DNA of 64,000 nucleotides from Anthoceros angustus (GCA_010909165.1 VJWM01000172.1:124001-188000); one strand, 5' to 3'. Numbered from the stretch's first letter, positions 1 to 12,366 are shown. The notes: a model not told the origin generated them from the sequence alone. Translations and numbers: made by a program.

Positions 1-17
1 AAGTAAAGAGACGTAAT

Positions 18-1607
18 TTACAATTTCGAACTCTGCATTTGCAGGGCCTCGTAATGACCAAACCCGTGGTAAAGAACTCTCACTGGATCATCTTTGCCAT
101 ACTCCTGCCCGTACTCAGCAATAGATATTAGACCTTGCAGTTTCCTGTCGAACATATAAACGGTGATAGGCATCCTGAAACACAGACAAGTCAAGGCATT
201 TAAGCCACTGAGGACTGAATGCCGGGGACCACAGTACAAGAGGGAGTGGAATCAACAATACATACTTGAGAACATGGGAAAGCATCAGCAGCTCAGGCTC
301 TCCACCCCAAGAGTGCGGCTGCCTCATTTTCCTTGTATAACTATCAAAATTACCTTCGATGAACCTGCCACATATGAAAAAGAATAGTTGGGGATTGATC
401 TGTATTTCTATGACAACTGCGATTTGGACAGTACACAAAAGACGGGAAAAAGAAAATAGCGTTCGAAGCTCACCACTCAGTCTCATCTCGACGTCTTACC
501 AATTCATCCACAGCCTACAACACAAGAAGCAAACCATAAAATCGGTGTTACAGCTGAAGAGAGAGACCAGATTAGGTCACCACCTGATGACCAGACATTG
601 TTTGCTTTGCAGCTCGGATACCAGCAGGCCACCACTTACCTTGCTGCGCAATTCATCAGCTAACTCCCTTTGGAGACTTTCGCTTGGAGCTGGCTTCCCA
701 CTTCGGAGACAAGCTCCATGAGCCACCGCACGGAACAGACACCGACCGTCCCCTGGGACACCTGCTTCCGTGACAGGTCCCCAGCATCAGCTACTTTCCC
801 CCCATGCATGCAAGACGTTCGACACACCCAGAACGAGCACTCACCAGTGACTGTGTAATCGGTGTGCACTTGTTTCTGTTCCGGTAAGTCAGCCTTCACC
901 TCCAACACCTTGCTCACCTCATTATCATCCTCAAGCGTCACCGCCAAGGGAGCGTCCGCAAGAGCAGGATTGGCAGGCGAGATGAGAGGTACAGGGGCGC
1001 CGCCAGCCACCGAAAAGCAGGCACAAACCCCAAACATTAGCCACACCGAGTGCCTTCCTTGCAGCCAACGTGTAGACCTAGAGTTCCAAGAGCTGCTCCA
1101 CCACCCATACAAGGAGCGTGCATATACCCTAGCGCTTTCACTCCTAAATCCATCACTAGCCAACATCCCAGACTTCAACGCTACCACACTATCAGCTGCG
1201 ACCGACTCACCCTGTAAACCCTTCCCTCTCCTCCCTGCCCCTGACAACCTCCTCACGGACACAATATTCTCCCTCACCGAGCTGGACAGCTGCCGAGAAG
1301 GCAACAATGCATGCCTAATCGCCAAGCCAAACGCTCCAGCTCCTGTGAGCAGCCGCGAGCCGGAATGACTCTGGAACTGCGCCAAAGGAGAGCACGACAG
1401 CTGCAAAATCCCTTGCTCTAGCGGCCCCGATGAGCGAGTTCTCCGGATCTTCCTGAGCCGGCCCGCCAGCGGAGACTGTCCAGAGCTGACTCTGGTAGAA
1501 CAAGAATGCGGGCCATAATGGCTGGACTTCGCCAGCGCCACTGCTGCCAAACACGAGCAGCTCTTGCCCTTGTTAGCAGAGAGCCCGGTACGCACAGATT
1601 CAAGCAT
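18..1607 (-). CDS. OTU4: OTU-domain deubiquitinase (OTU4-like), 5 exons: 1607-845, 761-640, 514-474, 364-266, 174-18; ~393 aa
   Basis: GT-AG splicing gives VHTDYTVTG|VPGDGRCLFRAVAHG...RELADELRSK|AVDELVRRRDETEW|FIEGNFD...WGGEPELLMLSHVLK|MPITVY...VLYHGFGHYEAL. The catalytic GDGRC and His motifs are present and exon phases are consistent. Start taken as the first in-frame ATG (1607). Symbol is based on recalled similarity to Arabidopsis OTU4. Confidence 0.9.
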
Positions 1608-2601
1608 GTAACTAGCACTGTGATATCCTCCCCGCTCACAAAATCCAGCTTCCGTCCCAACTCCAGACAACAAAAACACCACACCGCCTTTCAGCACCTC
1701 ATTCCATCCACCACTTAATCATGTGCCACTCGATAAATCTGAACAACAAAACACAAAACCAAAGCAACGTTGTCAGCGAATTCCACATGACATCAACACA
1801 TCCAAAACAGCTCCAAGAAGTCCAAGAATCTGCGTCAGCCAAGGATCCATCCCATCCACAACATCTGGCACACAGAACGACATCCACGCTTTAGAACGGC
1901 AGCTGGAAGGCAACCCTACCCGCCATAGATGTTCTCCTCTCCCGCCTGAGCTCACAATCGCACGCTCCGCAGCTCAGCCAAACCCTGGCCCTGCAGCAGC
2001 AGCTGCGAAGAAACTTCCAACAAAAATGTCCTCTCCCCCGTCTCTTGCCGGTTGCAGCACCAGAATTGCGCGACGTTAAACGTGCGCTCGAGGGGAGCGG
2101 TTTCCAAAAAAGTGGAGCTCACCGAGACGCCGGCTCGCCTTGAGGCGTGTTAAATAGCGCCCGAATCTTGCGCTGCTCCTACCGCTCCGGCGATGGAGTG
2201 GTGTCGGCGGACGAGGGGTTGTTACAACAGGGTCTTATTTCCGTGGGCTCGCACCCTGCCTCGCTTTCTCCAGCACCTTCCGGCACAGGAGCATCGCATT
2301 CTGCGAAATATGAAAAAATATCACGGGATGCGGCATGTCCTGGATCTCACGTTGCGCCGAACGGGTTTCGCCACGTATGTAACCGCTGCACGTGGTTGGG
2401 CACTTGACCGCTGGTGCAACGAGTCGCGGTTCGACTGCAGTGATCGTCCAACGGTCCTGAACCTCACATTCAAAACTCTCCTTCGCTTCACTTCCAGGCA
2501 AGTTCTGCTGCTGCTGCTGCGCTGCTGCTTCCTAGATACTTCACTTTGGCATTGCTGCGTTTTGATTTCGACCCAATTCTAAGGTTTTGTGTTGGAGCAG
2601 A

Positions 2602-4363
2602 ATGTGGATTGTGGGCGGTACTGGTGATGGGGGATGCTGGAGGCATGCGTTGGGGATGGCGTGTTTGTTGGTTTGGATCGGTGGTGGGCATGGGAAGCCC
2701 TGTTATCCTGCGGTGTATGTGTTTGGAGATGCTTCTGCGGATGTGGGGAGCATGGAAGCTGCGTTCCCTCGGTCGACTGCTGCTGAGAGATCGCCATACG
2801 GGCACACCTACTTCAAGAAGCCTGCCAATCGGTTCTCGGATGGGCGGCTGTTTGTGGATCTGTTAGGTTGGTATTCCGTGGTGCCCATCTCTTTTGCGAT
2901 GTGTTTCTGGATGTGGGTTGTGTGGGGATGTTGGTCTGACTCATGGAATGTGGGGCATCCAGTGCAAGCGGTGGGGCATCCGCTGCTGAGCCCGTACTTG
3001 CAAGCAGCTGGATCCAACTTCAGCCATGGTGCCAGCTTCGCAGCCTCGGGATCAGGTGTGCGGGGTGCCGCTCCCCACAGCCCGTTTAGTCTCACGGTGC
3101 AGCTGCAGCAGTTTAGAGCTTTCAAGCAGCGCATTCGGGAAGTCCGGAGGATGCATTCGTATGGTCGGTGACAAGCCTGAGCTCATGGAAGTCTTGGGCA
3201 GTACAGTACTATGATGATGTTGGATGCAGGATTGTGAGAGCTCATGTTGTTCATCTTGTGATGGAGTTTGTGCACATCTGCAGAGAAAGCACACTTGCTG
3301 CCCAAGCTCAGGAGCCTGAGGCGTTCTTTGTTCTACATCTCCTTCATGGGGGACGACTACACCAACGGCTACCTGAGTGGCATGGAGGTGGGCAAGGTGC
3401 AGGAGTACGTGCCTGAGGTGGTGCGAGGAATCGTGAACGGCATTCGGGTATTGGATCCAGCCAAGCCAGATTCCTGTTGCTGCTGTTTGTGAGATGCTTG
3501 TGTGTGAGGGAGTGAGTGAGTGAATGAGTGATCATGACCTCACATGCAGATATGGTTTGCAGGCCCTGTACCATGAAGGTGCGAGACACTTCATCGTGTC
3601 AAACATGCCTCCGCAGGGATGCTTGCCGTCGTACTTGACCCTGTTCCACTATACAGCTCATGATCTCAACTCTGCTGGCTGCCTTGTAAACTACAACAGA
3701 GTGAACGAGCTGCACAACAATCTGTTGAAGAAGGCAGCTTTGTCGCTGAGAAAGCAGCTGAAGAATGCCACACTGATCTACATGGATGCCTACGCCATGA
3801 TGACCAATGTGCTCAATGACCCTTCCCTCTATGGTAAGCTGCTCACACTGATCACCTCCCAATCCCCTCTTCCCTCTGCTCACACCATTGAACCACCCAG
3901 CACATTGAAAAAAGTCTCCAGCCTTTCGTCCTTCCTAATCCATGATGAGACCACGAGAGTCTCACCGGGGCACACTTCCCCACAAATCGAAGATTGAAAT
4001 GGAAGGTGATTCATTGGAAACGAATCAAGAAATATGCTCTACCTATCTCTGAACTGAACAAATGCATCCATCTCTCTGACCTAATCAGGATTCACACATA
4101 CAACGACAGCATGCTGTGGCTCCAGCGGCGGACCTTACAACTACGACCCTGCTGTTGGCTGCGGGTCCTCCATCAAACACCTGGAAGACGCCACCTCCTT
4201 CACTGCTGATTCATGTCCAGATCCTCAACACTATGTTCAGTGGGATGGAGTCCACCAGACCGAGGCGTACAACCTATATGCCATCAAGGCTGCAATATCC
4301 GGAGACTACTTCCAACCTCGGTACGTACTGCAGCACAAGTGCAAGCTGCATCTTAGGCTGTGA
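2602..4363 (+). CDS. GDSL/SGNH esterase-lipase family protein with non-canonical active site, 5 exons: 2602(or 2656)-2866, 2963-3163, 3284-3447, 3563-3833, 4089-4363
   Basis: Blocks VYVFGDASADVG, PYGHTYF..PANRFSDGRLFVD, GSNFSHGASFAASGSG, GARHFIVSNMPPQGCLP, ACCG..GGPYNY and WDGVHQTEA. Typical 5-exon GDSL structure with phase-consistent GT-AG introns. Start codon uncertain. Confidence 0.88.
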
Positions 4364-4545
4364 GACTTGCATCTTCGTCAGCGTGTGACATCATTCTACA
4401 AACTGCACGTGAGGAGGAGCATAAGGCAATGCAGCAAGCAAAACAAACCACCCAGTTAGGAAGAAGAAGCAACACTGTCACTAGATGCGATAGTCAAACT
4501 GTCCGTCCGTCCATTCGAGTATAAGTCCCACCACATCGATGCAAG

Positions 4546-5415
4546 TCATGTCAATTCATCGTCAGCATCTTCCTGAGCCTTCAACTGGTTCTTTGCACGA
4601 AGCAACAAGGTGGTTTTCCACTGATCCAGCCTACTGATGCCATCAAACTCCCTGACCACGTCAGTGAACTTCTCCACGTCACCGTCATCAACTGCTGCAG
4701 CCAAATCCATGAGAAGCTTGCACTCCCTGGTGTTGGGAAACGTGGGATCAAAGTCTTGGTACTTGTCCAAGGCGTTGTGGATGGCCACCGCATCCTTACC
4801 GCACAGATGACACAGGCCAGCACTCAGTAGATAGTTTTTGACGCTGTACTTGAGCAGGTTGCTGTCCAAGGACTCCCTGGCCACGGCCTCAAAGATCTCG
4901 ATCGCTTTCGGGTACACCTCGAGCTGGGCTGCCATCTGAGCCACCTTCAACCTGCACTGCATACCTGTGCTGTTCACCTCCTCCCCTTGATACAAGTCTG
5001 CTGCCTTCTCATATGCCAACATGGCTCCCTCCATTTTCTCATCCTTCTCCAGGATCTCTCCCATGTCCTTGTAGTGCTTGGCAGCCATGGACAACCTTCC
5101 AATTTCCATGAAGATGTTGCAGGCTTTGTCAAGAAGAGCACAAGATTCTTTCAGGTTGGTTTTCTTGTAGCAGTTGGCTGCATCCACGTAGCATGAAGCT
5201 GCTTCATGCTTGCTCTCCATCTTGAACTGGCAATCAGCAAGCTTGATGTAGGCCCCTGCTGCCTTATCCCAGCATTTTCCCAGCTTGTAGGAGTTGGCCG
5301 CCTTCTCTAGCAGTTCAGCTGCCTCATCCCATTTGCTCCCAAACAATCCCCACCCTTTGGCCTTTTTCTCCGCCTTGGATTCATACTCATCACCTTTTGC
5401 CTCAAAGTCTCCCAT
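4546..5415 (-). CDS. ASNAP: alpha-soluble NSF attachment protein (alpha-SNAP), 289 aa, intronless
   Basis: Uninterrupted ORF MGDFEAKG...GWGLFGSKWDEAAELLEKAANSYKL...NLLKYSVK...DPTFPNTRECKLL...LDQWKTTLLLR...DDELT, colinear with plant alpha-SNAP. The ATG is at 5415; the track's 5418 start is a GTG. Confidence 0.96.
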   Translation of the reverse strand: MGDFEAKGDEYESKAEKKAKGWGLFGSKWDEAAELLEKAANSYKLGKCWDKAAGAYIKLADCQFKMESKHEAASCYVDAANCYKKTNLKESCALLDKACNIFMEIGRLSMAAKHYKDMGEILEKDEKMEGAMLAYEKAADLYQGEEVNSTGMQCRLKVAQMAAQLEVYPKAIEIFEAVARESLDSNLLKYSVKNYLLSAGLCHLCGKDAVAIHNALDKYQDFDPTFPNTRECKLLMDLAAAVDDGDVEKFTDVVREFDGISRLDQWKTTLLLRAKNQLKAQEDADDELT

Positions 5416-5483
5416 CACTTCTCACAATTGCCACTCATTTTCTTGCTGTTTGCCTTTGCCTCCTACACTCTGTTTTGTAAACC

Positions 5484-5491
5484 AAACCCTA
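5484..5491. promoter_or_regulatory. Telo-box (AAACCCTA) upstream of alpha-SNAP
   Basis: Exact AAACCCTA ~70 bp upstream of the ATG. The motif is common in plant housekeeping-gene 5' regions; a single short motif only. Confidence 0.35.
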
Positions 5492-5525
5492 TGCGTCTCC
5501 CAAACCTTCCAACATGCAAGTAACT

Positions 5526-5592
5526 TTTCTTCTCATCCTCCTTCGTATTATTCTCTTTTTTCTTCTCATCCTCCTTCGTATTATTCTCTTTT
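5526..5592. repeat. 33-bp tandem duplication
   Basis: ttcttctcatcctccttcgtattattctctttt occurs twice. Confidence 0.85.
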
Positions 5593-6697
5593 GTCGCTGT
5601 TTGTTGCTTTTGTGCTGGAGGTGGATTCCAAGCTTTGATTCTTTCAACCTTTCTTCTAGAAGAATAAAAAATATATAACAAATTGTAGATTGATGTATTG
5701 ATATTGATGTTATATAAAACTTCAATTTTTTTATTATTCATATATTTTCACAAATAGATAGAAGATGATGATTTTCTTGATGTTCATTGTGTTAACTTCT
5801 AGATCCAATTGCAATATTCAACAGGTATCACCAAATCATGAAATCCCCATTCATTTTTGGATCTATTCCATCTAGAAGTCTTTTCTCTACTTTTACAGAG
5901 ATTCATATATCATTCATATGTGATTCATTTAATACAAAGCAGAACCAAAAAGAAACTATTTGTTTTGAACATATGATTATACGATCTATTCCAACTTGGA
6001 GTAGAAAATATAGATTGTTCAAAATGAAGGAAAGCTGAATGTACTTGGTACTTAGAAGTAAAGTGTAGTTGTTTTCATTGATAACCTACTCAATCACTAT
6101 ATTTAATCTATTTAACCAATAAGATATTTTATTGAATCATAGAATTTTATACAATGAGCATTATATATTATTCAATCCAAGCTCTAAAATTTTATTATTA
6201 AATTAAAAATCATGGAATGATCAAAATAGGAATTCAGGAGATAACCAACACAAGTTCTACAATATGATCAAAAACTCATTAAACAAAGATAGGGGCAGTG
6301 GAGACTTTATGTAAGAAAAGATATAAGTTATGAATCAAAGAACTAACTAATGATTGAAGGTTCCCAACAAAGGTAAAAATGAGTTGATCTTATAAAATCA
6401 TTATATTTCATAAATAAAGTGCTTAGATTTATGTGTTTATTTCAACAAAGCCCCCTTGCAAGTGGGCCTTTGCAAATCCTTGACTATAATATTTAGGAGC
6501 CTTGGGTGACTATCAGCTTAATATTTATGAGAATTATTTTCCAACTTTTGGAGGGATTTGGGGTCTCTCTTTCACGTGCTGTGCTATTTATAGGACTATC
6601 CACGTCCACATATGACATTCAAACTTTTCTTTAATTTATAAAACTTAATAATATTATTTTAAAAAATTCACTCTCTTTCAAAATCAGTACACTCATT

Positions 6698-6728
6698 GGT
6701 CAATTCCGTGTTAGGTCAATTCCGTGTT
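6698..6728. repeat. 15-bp direct repeat (ggtcaattccgtgtt x2)
   Basis: Copies at 6698-6712 and 6714-6728, at the edge of an AT-rich tract; possibly a TE subterminal repeat. Confidence 0.6.
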
Positions 6729-7161
6729 TGGTCCCATCAACGTCGGATCCAGACCAACAGCTGGCTTAACTAGGGCAACATATTTGCGAAGCTCTGCTTC
6801 TTAGATACTAAATCTAAAACGCATTTTCTCTGCTATTGTCCTCGCCATGCTGACATTTGAGCTCGATACACTCCTCTTTTCTAATATGCTGGTTTTGCCT
6901 TGCGCATATTCTTCTCTTTTCACATCCTTAAGCTCTCTAGCCTCTGTCTCTCTGGGCTTCTTGCTCATCGGCAGGCCTTTTTGGACTCCTATAGATTTTA
7001 CCTCTTCTTTTCCTCTCTTATAACTTTTGCCTCCTTTTTCTCTCATCCCATACGGTCATTATCTTTCTAGTTCCAACGTTCCTATGTGTGCTCCGTTTTT
7101 CACCTCTTTTACACTGTTCAATCCTTGTCCCATGATGGTCATTTCATCCTTAGCGGATACA

Positions 7162-7436
7162 AATAAAGTTATTGTTGTTGTTGTTGTAACCGGAAGTTCA
7201 TTGGAACTTCGTGATTAAGCAACCCTCCGCTTGAATCACTAACGGGATGGGGTACCACCCCTGATTACTCGTGGTCCTTGATAGCCTGCTTGATGTGAAG
7301 CCCCATATGATCTTTGCTGTCTTGCTCACAAAAAAGGCTCCTATTCCAAGGTTCTGAAGCCCTTCGGGATGCCTAAGAGCTCTAGAGTCGCCTAATAAAT
7401 TTTTTATCTTGCCCACAGAAAAAAGGGTTGTTGTTG
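7162..7436 (+). mobile_element. Two possible non-LTR retroelement 3' ends (AATAAA plus (TTG)n tail)
   Basis: aataaa at 7162 followed by (ttg)5 at 7172-7186; aataaa at 7394 followed by (ttg)3 at 7428-7436. (TTG)n tails are known from plant RTE-clade LINEs/SINEs. No RT or target-site duplication identified. Confidence 0.3.
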
Positions 7437-8280
7437 TAAGGCTCTTCGGAATCCTCTAAATTACATGGACTATAAATACACAATCAATTTTTCTATTAAA
7501 AATATATATATATCACTGACTTTTCAGTCGAAGAACGACATACATACTTATAACATAGGGATGTACATAGTTGGCACTGCTGCGTGTGGTTGGCTAGACT
7601 TAGAACTCTAGACAAGAGACGCAATTTAGAGTTCTAAAAAGCCTAAAATGCAGAAGCGGAGACTGCCAGTAGTGTGTTTTGTTAAACGAACTAACTGAGA
7701 GATCTTGCTATTGGAGAGGATTCAGCCTATCTCTCCGCCTTTCCCTCACACGAGATAAATTGTAGCCACATCTGGGGTACAGACCAGCCTAAAAAAAGAT
7801 TTGGACACTATTTGGCCGGATGAAGGAAAGACGCTTCCCTTATCTAAATATTAAAAAAGCGAACTTCACAAAAATGATAACTTTCTCAACCTGGTTGCCC
7901 ATGTTTAGAATCATTTAAACCGATTAAAGGGTTTGCATGCAGGCAGGCACATTCCCCGAGTTCGTAAAAACATTGTGACAAATGCTCGTTGGGGGAGACA
8001 ATGCTTGTCCCACGTAGTCTCCAGATTCAGTTTTTTTTTAAATAATTATTTTAAAATATAAATTTAGACCTGATGTAAAAATAATATATTTTTATAACCG
8101 ACAAAAAAATTAGACAGTTTGAAAAAAAAAGATAAAACTATTAAGTATAAGTGAGGACAAAATAAGAGCGTTTCGTCCGTTTTTCACTATTGTGAGCAAG
8201 AAACCATGCTTGCACCTAGCTCGAAAATCATCTTTTTGTGGCTGGAAGGCATCGACCAAGAACACATATGTCCATGGTAT

Positions 8281-8650
8281 TCCGAGATGGCGGACCGTGC
8301 TCGCCGTGCTTTGAACTTGAGAATTCTGGTCTTGGTAATGACATTGTTGCACCACTTGTGGCTGCAAAGAAGTTTCTCAATAGGCTAGAGGTCGATGTGG
8401 TCGTTCCTTGAGCCTTCTGGCTTAGAAAGGATCCTAGTAGGGAGCGCATATTGATTATGACTTTTTACTCTATGAATGATCGCCTCCAGGTTATGAAGGC
8501 TAGGTCTATGTTACGGACAACTCCGTTATATATCAATGAGGATCTTACACAATTGCAATGGAAGACTAAGAAGGAGAAGTTACTTGCTTTCAGAGTAGCT
8601 CGTACTGCAGGTCAAGTGGCTTTCTTTCGTGGGGATGAATTGGTGGTGTT
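8281..8650 (+). mobile_element. Degenerate LINE ORF1p-like fragment (RRM plus C-terminal region)
   Basis: MADRARRALNLRIL... then, after frameshift/stop, ...RERILIMTFYSMNDRLQVMKARSMLRTTPLYINEDLT...AFFRGDEL. Resembles the RRxNLRI and YINEDLT motifs of non-LTR ORF1 proteins. Confidence 0.62.
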
Positions 8651-10507
8651 TGCCCTCGTTCACACAATTTCATTGACACTGTTGATTGATTGAAGATTAT
8701 TTGTCTTGTTTGAAATTTACCTTTACATTCGTCCAGACCATTTTACCGCAATCTATGTAGTTATCATATTTCAGTCCCATGACGGAAATCCGTCCTTAGT
8801 GGACTTAAATAAAATTTTTCTTCTTCTTCTTCTAGTGAGGTGGTTGAGGAGTTGGGACGGGTACAATGTTTTGTCTCTTGCACTCGAGGCAAAGTGGCAT
8901 GGGCTCTTCGCCAAGGTGACATCAACTTTGAAGAAGAGCTGGAAACCACCCTCGGACTTGGCTCTGGTTTCAACACCAGTACAGCATAGGTTTGATAATT
9001 CGTCGTAGACGACATGAGTACTGCTTTGATATTCCAAGGAGGGACACGCTGCTTTGGCATATTTAAAAAATAAAAATTGGATGAGGTGATGGTAAGATAC
9101 CCATGACATAGTGGTGGGCACCTGCCTAGTGAGCATTTGTGCACACCAGTAGAGCCTATTGAACGAGAACCGGGGGTGCAAAACCTCAAGTAACCAGGCT
9201 TCAACCGAAGGAGGACAGCAATGACAGATAGCAGGCTGGTCTCAAACACCTATTAACATGGACGACATTGCGTTCTGAATATGTGCAGCAAGGGCTCGGC
9301 TAAGAGGCACTTATGGTTTGGTTTATGGAAACATGGTGATATGAGTAGGCCCTGATAGTGTCAAACCATGTTACTTTTGCTTGCCTTCCGAAACCCTTCC
9401 AAGCACAGGTGCCTTGCAGAAAGGAGTAAGCAGCTGCATCCAAACATTGTGAAAAGAGGGCTGCGGGATAACGAAATTTAGTATGTGAATTTGTATCATC
9501 TACCAAGCTAGGCTTCAATTTACTATGTGAACTTGTTCCACCTACCAAGCTGAGCTTCTGCTATAACCCAAAAGTTGGGTTTCTCCCAAAGTTGCTAAAC
9601 CGGGTTTATTTGACCGGGTTTATTTGGAGCGGCTCCAGGGCTGACACATTGCTGATCCTCTTACAAGATTCCACAACCTCTTCTAACTATCTAAGGATTT
9701 GAAGTCAAGAAACAAATAAGATGAAGGAATTGAAATCTGGAAAGAAAGGGCTCTCTCAGCACAACCCAAGACGCATGCTGCAGCATGCACATAGTCAGTT
9801 ATATACTGCCTAAAGGGTCAGCCTAATGTGTATATATTGTCATTGGAGTTATGAGTATTTTGCAACAATAACATTGTCGCATCCTTTTTGAATAGCAGGT
9901 CCGGTACCAGAGGTTCAGAGACAATTTGAACATTCCCAAGCTTCCTGCTATGCGTGAGGATAAATAGGAAGTCTCGGATGCCAAAGCAAAGGGAATCCAG
10001 GCTGAATCTCTTATTCAGCGTCACCCGCTTTCCACAGCGGGGAAAATACCTACTTCCATCCTCGCTGTGGAAGAGGGGCAAGGAAGAAAGCAGAGTATCT
10101 ATGCCAGTCGGGATTCCCTGGCCCTGTTCACCTGCCATTGGATTGAGAGTCGAAGGGTGCTGGAGGTGGGTTGTGCTGATCCCTCGAGCCGTGCTAGCAA
10201 CAGTCTGCTTGGAATTGATGTACATGGAATCGATCTGAATTGGTAGGGATCTGGAGTTGGTGTGTAGAGTCGGTCTCCATTCGTGGGATTCTGCGGTTGG
10301 CGTGTAAAATGTGTCTGAATTCGTGGGATTCCGATGTGGGTATTGTGAATTGGTGGGCTGGTGTTGAATTGTTGGGTTGTTGAATTGGCCTCAATTCATA
10401 GGATTCCAAGTTGCGCTGAACTTGTGATGGAATGGGGAACAGGTCTTCCTGCATGCAAGACTGCCCACAACAGAATGGATTGGGGAGAAGGTGGTAGGAC
10501 ATGCAGC

Positions 10508-10940
10508 ATGAAGGAGCAACACAGCAAAATGGGCAGAGAGGAAGGTGGGCTCCCACAACACAAGGGTTCCAATCCAAGAGCCAGGGAGGCAGCAGAGGAG
10601 GTGCTGGTGGTGTGGAATTACGGCCATGACGTGATCCAGCTCCCGCCGCTTCATCGATTTGGAGGAGGTTAGGCAGCGCACCTGCGTGATCGTGACGCAG
10701 GGGCGGGATGGGAGCCGGGGGTATGGAGATGGGTTCGAGTTCCTTGGGCCGCCCTTCGCTGCGGAGGAGGTGGATCCGACCGGGGCCGGGGATTCGTTGG
10801 TGGCGGGATTCTGCACCGGGTTGCAACACGGGCTGGAGGTGGGGAAGGCTGTGTTGACGGGGAAGTACTTCGGGGCTCTGGCAGTGGGGCAGGTCGGGGT
10901 GCCCACCTTCTCGACGCTGCAGCTGCAGATGCAGCTTCAG
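10508..10940 (+). pseudogene. MIK: MIK copy with ~494-bp internal deletion (frameshift)
   Basis: NYGHDVIQLP is joined directly to the FIDLEEVRQRT region; reads ...IQLPPLHRFGGG*. Confidence 0.88.
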
Positions 10941-12366
10941 GCAAGTTGGACTATGGCTTTCTTCTTTTCTTGCTGCTGGGTGTGGGTTGGGTGGAGGTTG
11001 ATTGGTTGGAGGGTTTGTGTGTTGTTGCTCAGATGCTGGATGTGTGCTTGATGATGTGCAGGGGTGGGGTTGCAACGGTCTGAGGCAGGGGATGTGCATG
11101 ATCCTTGAGTCCAATGCTGTGTTGGGTATTAACATGGACGACATTATGCTGAATATGTGCGAAGGGCTCGGCTAAGAGGCACTTATGGTTTGGTTTATGG
11201 AAACATGGTGATATGAGTAGGCCCGATAGTGTCAAACCATGTTACTTTTGCTTGCCTTCCGAAACCCTTCCAAGCACAGGTGCCTTGCAGAAAGGAGTAA
11301 GCAGCTGCATCCAAACATTGTGAAAAGAGGGCTGCGGGATAACGAAATTTAGTATGTGAATTTGTATCATCTACCAAGCTAGGCTTCAATTTACTATGTG
11401 AACTTGTTCCACCTACCAAGTGAGCTCGCTATAACCCAAAGTTGGGTTTCTCCCAAAGTTGCTAAACCGGTTTATTTGACCGGGTTTATTTGGAGCGGCT
11501 CAGTGACATTGCTGATCCTCTTACAAGATTCCACAACCTCTTCTAACTATCTAAGGATTTGAAGTCAAGAAACAAATAAGATGAAGGAATTGAAATCTGG
11601 AAAGAAAGGGCTCTCTCAGCACAACCCAAGACGCATGCTGCAGCATGCACATAGTCAGTTATATACTGCCTAAAGGGTCAGCCTAATGTGTATATATATT
11701 GTCATTGGAGTTATGAGTATTTTGCAACAATAACATTGTCGCATCCTTTTGAATAGCAGGTCCGGTACCAGAGGTTCAGAGACAATTTGAACATTCCCAA
11801 GCTTCCTGCTATGCGTGAGGATAAATAGGAAGTCTCGGATGCCAAAGCAAAGGGAATCCAGGCTGAATCTCTTATTCAGCGTCACCCGCTTTCCACAGCG
11901 GGGAAAATACCTACTTCCATCCTCGCTGTGGAAGAGGGCAAGGAAGAAAGCAGAGTATCTATGCCAGTCGGGATTCCTGGCCCTGTTCACCTGCCATTGG
12001 ATTGAGAGTCGAAGGGTGCTGGAGGTGGGTTGTGCTGATCCCTCGAGCCGTGCTAGCAACAGTCTGCTTGGAATTGATGTACATGGAATCGATCTGAATT
12101 GGTAGGGATCTGGAGTTGGTGTGTAGAGTCGGTCTCCATTCGTGGGATTCTGCGGTTGGCGTGTAAAATGTGTCTGAATTCGTGGGATTCCGATGTGGGT
12201 ATTGTGAATTGGTGGGCTGGTGTTGAATTGTTGGGTTGTTGAATTGGCCTCAATTCATAGGATTCCAAGTTGCGCTGAACTTGTGATGGAATGGGGAACG
12301 GGTCTTCCTGCATGCAAGACTGCCCACAACAGAATGGATTGGGGAGAAGGTGGTAGGACATGCAGC

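Noticed and set aside
862-1368. Plus-strand ORFs over OTU exon 1 and other overlapping track ORFs
   Set aside because: Antisense to a well-supported gene; no recognisable motifs; many start at non-ATG codons.
5463-5741. Lys/Glu-rich ORF upstream of alpha-SNAP as an extra exon
   Set aside because: It arises from the 33-bp duplication in AT-rich sequence; alpha-SNAP is already complete from ATG 5415.
8764-9249. Minus-strand ORFs as a reverse-transcriptase fragment (QLFFKVDV)
   Set aside because: Only a faint resemblance to LKLDxxKAYD; no other RT motifs.
10659-11051. C-terminal MIK half-proteins (MEEVRQRT...) translated from the deletion copies
   Set aside because: The start is TTG downstream of an out-of-frame ATG ORF, and the substrate-binding half is missing; translation is unsupported.
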